Origin: Blastocatellia bacterium
GTDB lineage: Bacteria; Acidobacteriota; Blastocatellia; UBA7656
Assembly: GCA_963765495.1 (NCBI GenBank)
Contig: CAVXWP010000008.1
Coordinates: 672,001-736,000, forward strand
Direction of reading: 5' to 3'
Length of the DNA stretch: 64,000 bases
The translations under genes and the position numbers were made by a program. The notes beneath the pieces are model-generated. The model did not search any database. It was not told the origin of the DNA and was given only the letters and a program-made list of their open reading frames with translations. Below are positions 18,777-26,408 of this stretch, piece by piece (the stretch's first letter is position 1; each line of letters begins with the position of its first letter).

Positions 18777-20329
18777 GCAGAGCAATCAAACAAGTTAACC
18801 CGGCTATGGTGGAATTCGATTTGACCTTGCCGGAAAAGATAAAGGGGATAATGCCGGTCATAGCGCCGATGGCCCTTGCCATAACTTTTATACTGACCCG
18901 TTTATATATCGGCCCGAGAGGATTCTTACACGAAGGCGATCTTACGGTGCTGGCCCTTATCGCGTATATAAGCGCGGCGGTAATTCTCGTCACTAATCTG
19001 TTTGTAAAAGAAAAAATACTCTTTCGCCTCGGACTGATAAGCGTGGGGCTGGGCGTGTGCTTTAATTTTTCAGGATGGATGATCCGATGGATCGAGGCGG
19101 GGGATGCCGAGGGATGGAAAGCAGGGATAAACGGAGTATGGCGGTACTTTCCTCTTGATAATCTTTATCCGCTGACACTCGGATTCTGTTTCGGCGCGGC
19201 AATCACAACACTTGTCATCATCAGGAATCGCAAGTTCGAATTTGTCGGCGCGTTATCCATGCCGATAATAACAGTCATCCTGACGCTTGCCCTGCTGCTT
19301 GGAAACAACATCAGCACTCTGCCGCCAATTCTCGATAGCTACTGGCGGCCCATTCACGTTTCGGTAGCGACGATAGGTTATGGCGTGTGTCTGGTCAGTT
19401 TCGGACTTGCCTTCGCATATCTGCTGAAGGATGGCGTCAGTTCAGAATCTATAGCCATTGCCGTGGGCTTATTCGGACTGCTCGTCTATGGAACGGTGGG
19501 ACGGTTTGCGGTCCCTTTTCACGCGGATTACGGTGTCTCTGTGTTCGTGGAAAAGAATTCGCTTCCCCTGCGCGCAAGCATGCCCGGAGTCGGACCTCTC
19601 ATGGCGCTGACGCTGGCGGTCATTCTCGGTTCGGTTATTTTGTTTGTGGTCAATCATTTCAAGAGCGACGAAAAGGCCAGGAAATTGGGATGGAGACTTT
19701 TTAGGATCGCGGCCCTGTTGCAAGCAATCGTTTTGGTGACTCTCTTCTATCAGGTGGCAAAGACCGATAACCTGGCATCGCGTATCCCTCAGCGAGAGTA
19801 CGCCGGGTTTGGGCAATGGATGGGCAAACAGATGCAGATGCCTGTTTCGGCAGACAGACAGGTAGAGCTTGCCCGAGGCTGGATCGCTGAAAACTCTGCC
19901 AGTCTGAAAGTAGGGTTGAAGTCCAACCCGGTTGAGATTGGCGGTTTGCTTGGCCTGTTTGTGGCCCTGTTACTGGTTTCGATATTCTCGTGGAAACGTA
20001 AAGAATTGATGGCGGCTCTGCCTCCGCTTCAAAACATTGATGCTATGCTTTACAAAACCGTGGGTGTTGCCTTCCCGCTTCTCTCACTCCTGTTAATCAC
20101 AGGCGCAGTTTGGGCAAACGAGTCCTGGGGTCGGTATTGGGGATGGGATTCCAAAGAAGTTGGCGCGCTCGTCGCCTGGATGGCCTATGCCGGGTTCCTG
20201 CACACGAGAATCGCCCACAACTGGCGAGGGCGGCGTAGCGCCTACTTTGCGTTGCTCGGATTCGCGCTTGTGATCTTTACCTGGTTGGGTGTCAGTTATC
20301 TGTTGCCAGGTCTTCATTCATACGCATAG
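18773..20329 (+). CDS. ccsA: Cytochrome c biogenesis protein CcsA/ResC (system II), elongated
   Basis: LDSYWRPIHV, WWD domain GAVWANESWGRYWGWDSKE, YAGFLHTR, GLHSYA C-terminus; ATGA overlap with ccsB. Confidence 0.93.
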   Translation: MSRAIKQVNPAMVEFDLTLPEKIKGIMPVIAPMALAITFILTRLYIGPRGFLHEGDLTVLALIAYISAAVILVTNLFVKEKILFRLGLISVGLGVCFNFSGWMIRWIEAGDAEGWKAGINGVWRYFPLDNLYPLTLGFCFGAAITTLVIIRNRKFEFVGALSMPIITVILTLALLLGNNISTLPPILDSYWRPIHVSVATIGYGVCLVSFGLAFAYLLKDGVSSESIAIAVGLFGLLVYGTVGRFAVPFHADYGVSVFVEKNSLPLRASMPGVGPLMALTLAVILGSVILFVVNHFKSDEKARKLGWRLFRIAALLQAIVLVTLFYQVAKTDNLASRIPQREYAGFGQWMGKQMQMPVSADRQVELARGWIAENSASLKVGLKSNPVEIGGLLGLFVALLLVSIFSWKRKELMAALPPLQNIDAMLYKTVGVAFPLLSLLLITGAVWANESWGRYWGWDSKEVGALVAWMAYAGFLHTRIAHNWRGRRSAYFALLGFALVIFTWLGVSYLLPGLHSYA

Positions 20330-20379
20330 GCAAGACACCAAAACGCAATAATCATTGTCACTTCTATGAGGTGCCTTTC

Positions 20380-20410
20380 GGGGCGGGATGCCAGACCCGC
20401 CCTATTTTTT
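20380..20410 (+). terminator. Rho-independent terminator after ccsA
   Basis: GGGGCGGG-atgccaga-CCCGCCCT followed by ATTTTTT. Confidence 0.6.
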
Positions 20411-20456
20411 GTCCTCGAACCACAGGGCTCAGAATCGTAATTATCGCTTCCCTTCC

Positions 20457-20504
20457 GGTTGTGAGTAGAATCCCGCAGACGTCTGCGGGATTCTACTCAC
20501 AACC
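20457..20504. repeat. Perfect 48 bp palindrome
   Basis: GGTTGTGAGTAGAATCCCGCAGAC|GTCTGCGGGATTCTACTCACAACC, no loop and no mismatch. Confidence 0.9.
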
Positions 20505-20792
20505 AGTAATTCAGAATTCCCCAACAGGTGCCGCAAGTTGGGATTATCGAATTCGGACGGTCGCCTCTAATTTCTAAATAGTCAGTATTGCAACACTTAG
20601 CAACCCGTTCAAAGAAATCATTCTTCCTTTGAATGGAGTCAGCGATTTGAGAACGCTGTTTGCCTAATATGCTGACAGAGGACCGAAATGCGGCAGGTGA
20701 CTGGTATCACAGGTCGCCTTGATCGTCCTCAAAGGCTTCTCAAGCTCGCAAAAAATAATAAAGAGACTGGTCCGAAGCGGAGGGGTAATTAG

Positions 20793-21749
20793 ATGAACCA
20801 GGCAAAGACAATCAAAGCGGCGTTAGTGATAGGGTGGTTTCTTGTGGCTCTCGCGTGGGCAGCCTCAAATACCTTTTCGAAGCCCGCTGTTCCCGACAGG
20901 ACGACGACAGGAAAACAAGAACCTGCGCAAGCCGAAGGATATGTAGGCAGTGAGACTTGCAAGGATTGCCACGCCGGACAGTTTAACAGCTACTTCAAGA
21001 CTGCACACGCGAGGGTCGAACAACTATCGAACCTGCCCCCCGACAAGCACGGCTGTGAAGCCTGCCACGGACCCGGGAAGGCGCACGTTGAGGCCGGAGG
21101 CGACAAGGCACTAATAAAGACCTTTTCGAATATCTCGTCCAAGGATATTTCAGAGACCTGTCTCAGTTGCCATTCGAGCAAGGAAGAGCACAACAATTAC
21201 AGACGCGGCGAGCACGGACGAAACGACGTAGGCTGTACCGATTGCCACGCTCCGCATTCAACCGATGTCTCTCCGCTGAAGCTGCTCGCGAAGACCGAGC
21301 CTCAGTTGTGTCTCGACTGCCACAGTGAGATGAAGGCGCAATTTTCTCAGCCCTTCCATCACAAGGTCATCGAGGGCGCTATAAAGTGCAGCGATTGTCA
21401 TAATCCGCATGGCGGATTCGAGACGAAGCAAGCGCGTTTATCAACAGGCACCGATGCTGCCTGCGTCAAGTGTCATTCAGATAAGCAGGGACCGTTTGTT
21501 TTCGAGCACGCGCCTTTGAAGGTAGAAGGCTGCACAGCCTGTCATACACCGCACGGGGCTACGAATCCGAAGCTGCTCAAACGCAACAACGTAAGCCAGC
21601 TTTGCCTTGAATGCCACAGCGACATTGGTTCTATAGGAGCGCCAAACACCCCAAGTTTCCATAACCTTGCAACTGCGAGATTTCAGAGTTGCACGACCTG
21701 CCACGCGAAGATTCACGGGTCCCAGACCCATCAGTTCTTCTTCCGTTAA
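20793..21749 (+). CDS. mtrA: Decaheme c-type cytochrome, MtrA/DmsE/PioA/MtoA family
   Basis: Ten CxxCH motifs (CKDCH, CEACH, CLSCH, CTDCH, CLDCH, CSDCH, CVKCH, CTACH, CLECH, CTTCH); YVGSETC, GCEACHGPG, KQGPFVFEHAP, IHGS signatures; signal peptide. Confidence 0.92.
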   Translation: MNQAKTIKAALVIGWFLVALAWAASNTFSKPAVPDRTTTGKQEPAQAEGYVGSETCKDCHAGQFNSYFKTAHARVEQLSNLPPDKHGCEACHGPGKAHVEAGGDKALIKTFSNISSKDISETCLSCHSSKEEHNNYRRGEHGRNDVGCTDCHAPHSTDVSPLKLLAKTEPQLCLDCHSEMKAQFSQPFHHKVIEGAIKCSDCHNPHGGFETKQARLSTGTDAACVKCHSDKQGPFVFEHAPLKVEGCTACHTPHGATNPKLLKRNNVSQLCLECHSDIGSIGAPNTPSFHNLATARFQSCTTCHAKIHGSQTHQFFFR

Positions 21750-21800
21750 TGGTAAAGAGATGAGATCAGGAAGGCATTTGACAGTCGTGGAGGAAAGACG

Positions 21801-23873
21801 ATGAAGACAAGAGTTGCATTCAGCCTGCTTATATTGCTGGGGCTGGCCTTTGGGGCAGAAAACATCCTGGCTCAACAGAACCCTGCCGAAGGTGACAAAA
21901 CAAACCAGGCGGCGCAAGACAAGGCAAAGAACCCCTGGGGCTATTCTGTGACATCGAGTGTCGAGGTAGGCGTGCGGGGGGTTAGCGTTAACGGCGACGC
22001 GGATAAATTCCGTAGCGACTTGAACTATGAGCCGGGGGTCAGGCTTTTCAACTCAAGCCTGCTTATGCAATCGAAAAATAATGACGGACTCTTGTTCGAC
22101 ACGCTTTTGATCAATTCCTTTGGCTGGGGCGGAGACCCAAATCAATACGTACGTGTCAACGCTGAAAAGACCAAGGTATATCGCTTTGACGGAAATTATC
22201 GCAGGATTGATTACTTCAACAGTCTGAGAAATTTTGCTCTGAACCAGCACATCTCGAACACTCAGTATCAGGTGGGCGATTTCAATGTGACTCTGTTGCC
22301 CGCAAACGAAAGGATCAGGTTCAATCTCGGTTATGCGCTTGATAGAAACAAGGGCGACGCGGTCACGACCTATGATTACTCGCGTGACGAGTTTCCGATT
22401 CTCGCGCCGACCAGATACGAGGCAAACGATTATCGGTTTGGAGTCGATGCAAAGGTTTCAATTATCGATATATCGTTCCTACAGGGATTCAGATACTTTA
22501 AGGAAGATACTACCTATCTGGTAGACACGCCCCAGCCAGGAAACACACCGACAAACTTCTCTGAGATCGACACTTTTCAACGCGATATGCCCGTTCGTGG
22601 TCGCGTCCCTTATTCAAGGTTGAGCGTTCATTCTCTTATAAAGAATAGGGTGGATGTCACAGGTCGCATCCTCTATTCGAGCGCGACTACGAATTTTCAT
22701 TTCAACGAAAGGCTATCTGGAACCGATGTCAGCAATAACAAAATATTACTCGACCAGTTCATAGCCAACGGGGATACAAAGCGGCCCAGCACGCTTGGCG
22801 ATCTTGGCGTGACGGTCTTTGCGACCAGAAAACTCAGGCTTTCTGACACTCTGAGAGTCTACACATTTCAGATAAATGGAGGGCGGGCGCTTTCGGAAGC
22901 GTTGTTCCGCACGCGCCCGACGCCGTTTGGCGATTCCCCGCTTCCCGTGCTCCTGCTCGATGAGTTGGCCTTTAACGTGACCAGCTATCGCCGCTATCAA
23001 AATACGGTAGAGGGGGATTATGAATTCAACTCCAGGTTGGCTCTCCATTTCGGTTACAGATACTCAAACAGACACATCGAGCAGGAATCCCTTACCGAAA
23101 TCCCGGACGCTCTGCCGGGTGAGCCGGAAGAACCCGAGATATTTGACAATACAGCGCACGCCGGTTTCGTAGGTTTTAAGGCGCGGCCATTAAAGGTATG
23201 GTCGCTTTATTTCGATCTTGAAAAAGGCACTACCGATAATGTCTTCACACGTGTGGACAATTACAATTACACAAATGTCCGGCTAAGAAGCATTATCAAG
23301 CCCGTCAAGACACTCGCAATAAACACGTCGCTTGTGACAAAGGATAACAATAACCCGACATTGACTCCTGAATTCCCGTTCCGCGACTTTGGCGTAGACA
23401 TAAACAGCCGCATATATACTGGGTCGGTTGACTGGACGCCAAATGAAAAATTCTTCTTGAGTTCCGGCTATACATATACTCGTCTGACCAGCCAGGCTCA
23501 GGTGATCTTCTTCTCGAATTTCCAACAACTCGACGGGTTGAGCCGGTACTTTTTCAGAGACCATTTCGGGTTCATCAATACTTCGATCCAGCTTCACCCG
23601 CGAGCTACGCTGTTTGCCGGTTACTTTATAAGCAAGGATAACGGGGCGGGTGATAGAAAGCCCGTCTCGGCGGCGGAGTTGATCGGATCGTACCCTCTGC
23701 AATTCCAATCACCCGAATTTCGACTCTCAATCAGGCTTACGAAAAACATTGATTGGATAGCGGGTTATCGCTGGTACGACTACAAAGAAGACTTTCCAAA
23801 TCTTCAGAAATACAACGCGCACCTTCCCTATATGTCGGTCAAGATCAGTTTCGACAGGGGCAAGGGCGAATAA
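21801..23873 (+). CDS. mtrB: Outer-membrane beta-barrel porin, MtrB/PioB-like
   Basis: Signal peptide, 690 aa with alternating amphipathic strands rich in Y/F/G/D/N, near-terminal aromatic strand (YMSVKISF), directly downstream of the decaheme gene. Confidence 0.78.
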   Translation: MKTRVAFSLLILLGLAFGAENILAQQNPAEGDKTNQAAQDKAKNPWGYSVTSSVEVGVRGVSVNGDADKFRSDLNYEPGVRLFNSSLLMQSKNNDGLLFDTLLINSFGWGGDPNQYVRVNAEKTKVYRFDGNYRRIDYFNSLRNFALNQHISNTQYQVGDFNVTLLPANERIRFNLGYALDRNKGDAVTTYDYSRDEFPILAPTRYEANDYRFGVDAKVSIIDISFLQGFRYFKEDTTYLVDTPQPGNTPTNFSEIDTFQRDMPVRGRVPYSRLSVHSLIKNRVDVTGRILYSSATTNFHFNERLSGTDVSNNKILLDQFIANGDTKRPSTLGDLGVTVFATRKLRLSDTLRVYTFQINGGRALSEALFRTRPTPFGDSPLPVLLLDELAFNVTSYRRYQNTVEGDYEFNSRLALHFGYRYSNRHIEQESLTEIPDALPGEPEEPEIFDNTAHAGFVGFKARPLKVWSLYFDLEKGTTDNVFTRVDNYNYTNVRLRSIIKPVKTLAINTSLVTKDNNNPTLTPEFPFRDFGVDINSRIYTGSVDWTPNEKFFLSSGYTYTRLTSQAQVIFFSNFQQLDGLSRYFFRDHFGFINTSIQLHPRATLFAGYFISKDNGAGDRKPVSAAELIGSYPLQFQSPEFRLSIRLTKNIDWIAGYRWYDYKEDFPNLQKYNAHLPYMSVKISFDRGKGE

Positions 23874-24156
23874 AGAGGTAATGAATTGATGACAGCCCTC
23901 AGGGCAGAAGTTCTGCAATAAGCGGAGGCAAAATGTTCGCAAACCAAAAACATGGTAGGAGAAAGAGAGCGGCAGACAGCACATACCTGTTGTTTCGATC
24001 TGTTGCTCATAAGACCCCTGGCATGTTCGGAGGTGAGTTGATGCATGTGATAGCTGGAAATCAATCTTTGTGGGATGTGCTGAAATCCGGCTGGTAATAA
24101 GAGGCCGGTCGCCACATCCCCCATAAAGGATTTCATTGGCCGGAGAGGTGGCAATT

Positions 24157-25068
24157 ATGGAACGCAAATTTATCCAGAGCTTATTCATAGCGGTTTTTCT
24201 GGTTGGGCTGATGATGCTTGCCGGAACTACCAGAGCACAAACCCCGACTCCATCTGCATACGACAGACCGGATTACAATTACTCGGAGTCAAGCAGTTGC
24301 ACTCGCTGCCACTTCCTGCGTGGCGCGGGCGGCGACCATAATCTTGAAGCGGTGGGGATAATGTATGATGACACCGCGCAAAAATTCTTCTTAACAGGCA
24401 GCGGCTGGCGCGCCTCCAGACACTCGCAGACAAATTATAGGTCCACGCAAAACACATACTGCGCGAAGTGCCATTCACCGCTCCAGGCAAAACCCGAGGC
24501 ATCTTTCAAGAAAGGCAAATTCAAGGATACTGAACAGATACCCGACGGGCAGGTTGAAGGCGTCACCTGTGGTACCTGCCATCCCGATCACAACTCTGCC
24601 GTTGTGCTTGGCCGACGGCTGGGCGTCTATAAATTCGGGATGGACAGGGCGACGCCCGAAGCATACGATGTGGTTCCTCACGGGCAGGAAGATCAGCTCT
24701 GCCTGAATTGCCACGTGAGCCGACACAATGAAGACAGCCCGGCATTCAAGGTGATGTACGATGTGGGAGTCAGGTGCATAGATTGCCACATGGCCCCGTA
24801 TGGCTATGTTCTCGGCACCGAGATCGAGAAACGATTCCATGATTTCAATGTGGCAAAGAATCTTCCGTACTCCTGCGGGGTTCAGGGCGCGCTTGTTTCC
24901 TGTCATCCGGGGATGACGGTCGAGGGGACGCTGAATTTTATCCCCCTGATGAAGAAACAACACAAGGATTGGTGGCCGGGGAAAATGAAGGCGTTGAGTC
25001 TGGCCACTGCCGACGATTACATGGCTCTCTGGCAGAAGGTGGAAGCAGAGACCGCTTTTGAGAAATGA
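24157..25068 (+). CDS. Periplasmic multiheme cytochrome c (five CxxCH plus one CX8CH)
   Basis: Sec signal ending in TRA|Q with no lipobox; CTRCH, CAKCH, CGTCH, CLNCH, CIDCH and CGVQGALVSCH; GAGG RBS. Confidence 0.85.
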   Translation: MERKFIQSLFIAVFLVGLMMLAGTTRAQTPTPSAYDRPDYNYSESSSCTRCHFLRGAGGDHNLEAVGIMYDDTAQKFFLTGSGWRASRHSQTNYRSTQNTYCAKCHSPLQAKPEASFKKGKFKDTEQIPDGQVEGVTCGTCHPDHNSAVVLGRRLGVYKFGMDRATPEAYDVVPHGQEDQLCLNCHVSRHNEDSPAFKVMYDVGVRCIDCHMAPYGYVLGTEIEKRFHDFNVAKNLPYSCGVQGALVSCHPGMTVEGTLNFIPLMKKQHKDWWPGKMKALSLATADDYMALWQKVEAETAFEK

Positions 25069-25133
25069 TCTGATGAAAATGAACTTCTGACTGAGTGAGG
25101 ATTGCCTCAGAGAAAGGAGTCTAAAACAGGATG

Positions 25134-25170
25134 AAAGCGGGGTCGACCACTGAGTCGGCCCCGCTTTTTT
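25134..25170 (+). terminator. Rho-independent terminator after the multiheme gene
   Basis: AAAGCGGGGTCGAC-cactga-GTCGGCCCCGCTTT then TTT. Confidence 0.75.
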
Positions 25171-25269
25171 GTTTCAGGTGAGCCATCTTTTTTCATATAG
25201 CAACCCGCTCGTCTCTTATGATAGGCTTGCGACAACCGGGTCGAATTCAATTCTTCAGGGTAACAAATT

Positions 25270-25899
25270 ATGACAGCAACACACCCGCTCTTTAGAGGAT
25301 GGATCGTAGTAGGCTGGACGGCAATTTTGATGACCGTCATCGTGGGTGGACTTCTGGCCGCTCAGGGATTTACTGAGGCTGGACTTCACTTGATTATCAG
25401 AACGACGGCTCAAACATCTTTCCTCTTATTCCTTGCCGCCTTCTCGGCCTCCGCTCTCCATTCTCAATGGCCTGCACCCTCTACAAAATGGCTCCGCGCC
25501 AACCGCCGCTATGTGGGCGTCTCATTCGCCGTTTCACATACCTACCATCTGGCAGCAATCATCTCGCTCGCAATCATTACAAAGGGTGAGGCTATGGCAA
25601 ATACTTCGACGGTTACGCTCGTTGCCGGAGCGATAGGCTATATCTTCCTCGCCGCCATGGTCGCCACATCTTTCGACCAGACGGCGCGTCGGCTTGGCGC
25701 GCGAGCATGGAGGAGACTTCACACCACCGGCATGTACTACCTCTGGGGAGTGTTTATGTTTAGTTATGGAGGGCGGGCCGCAGTGTCGCTCAAATATTTA
25801 CCGCTGGCCCTTTTGCTTATTGCCGCGCTTGCGCTTCGCGTGATCGCAAGAAAGACGCCTGAGAAAAAGGCTCTGGCAGCAGGGCAAGGTCTCAACTGA
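25270..25899 (+). CDS. Ferric-reductase-like transmembrane protein (MsrQ/YedZ-like heme b protein)
   Basis: About 6 TMs, NRRYVGVSFAVSHTYHL, ATSFD...LGARAWRRLH motif typical of YedZ-type domains. Confidence 0.75.
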   Translation: MTATHPLFRGWIVVGWTAILMTVIVGGLLAAQGFTEAGLHLIIRTTAQTSFLLFLAAFSASALHSQWPAPSTKWLRANRRYVGVSFAVSHTYHLAAIISLAIITKGEAMANTSTVTLVAGAIGYIFLAAMVATSFDQTARRLGARAWRRLHTTGMYYLWGVFMFSYGGRAAVSLKYLPLALLLIAALALRVIARKTPEKKALAAGQGLN

Positions 25900-25996
25900 T
25901 CAATCGATTGTGATACATTCTTGCGCCTGCAAGAGACGCAATTGCCTCCCTGTTATTCATCGTTTTCTTCCCACCTATTCATTTTTCACCTTTCCC

Positions 25997-26048
25997 TTGA
26001 CAAACTACAAGAGAAGTCTTAATATGAGCACCTGTAGATAATCTAGGG
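25997..26048 (+). promoter_or_regulatory. sigma70 promoter plus putative PadR operator
   Basis: TTGACA (25997)-N17-TAATAT (26020); dyad TAGAT-A-ATCTA at 26035-26045 just before the RBS. Confidence 0.6.
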
Positions 26049-26059
26049 AAGGAAAAGAA

Positions 26060-26392
26060 ATGGCAAAACAGAAATCAGATCTCTTACAGGGCACGCTCGA
26101 CATGTTGATTTTGAAGACGCTTGCGCTCGAACCCATGCACGGATGGGGCATAGCGCAAAGAATTCAGCAGATATCGGAGGGGGTGCTGGTTATCAACCAG
26201 GGGTCGCTTTACCCGGCGGTTTACCGCCTCGAACAGCAGGGATGGGTTGAGTCCGAATGGGGTAATTCGGAAAACAATCGCCAGGCAAAGTATTACAGGC
26301 TGACTCGCGCGGGTCGAAAGCAGTTGGCTGAGGAAACCGAGAACTGGGAACGTCTCTCAACAGCCGTCACTCAAATCCTTCATACAACCTGA
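26060..26392 (+). CDS. PadR family transcriptional regulator (acidobacterial type)
   Basis: LLQGTLDMLILKTL, MHGWGIAQRI, QGSLYPA, WGNSENNRQAKYYRLT. Confidence 0.93.
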   Translation: MAKQKSDLLQGTLDMLILKTLALEPMHGWGIAQRIQQISEGVLVINQGSLYPAVYRLEQQGWVESEWGNSENNRQAKYYRLTRAGRKQLAEETENWERLSTAVTQILHTT

Positions 26393-26408
26393 ACGGAGGT
26401 CCTAAATC

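Noticed and set aside
24157-25068. Calling the small multiheme protein MtrC/OmcA, NrfA or CymA
   Set aside because: Too short and no lipobox for MtrC, no CxxCK for NrfA, and cleavable signal and motif spacing unlike NapC/CymA
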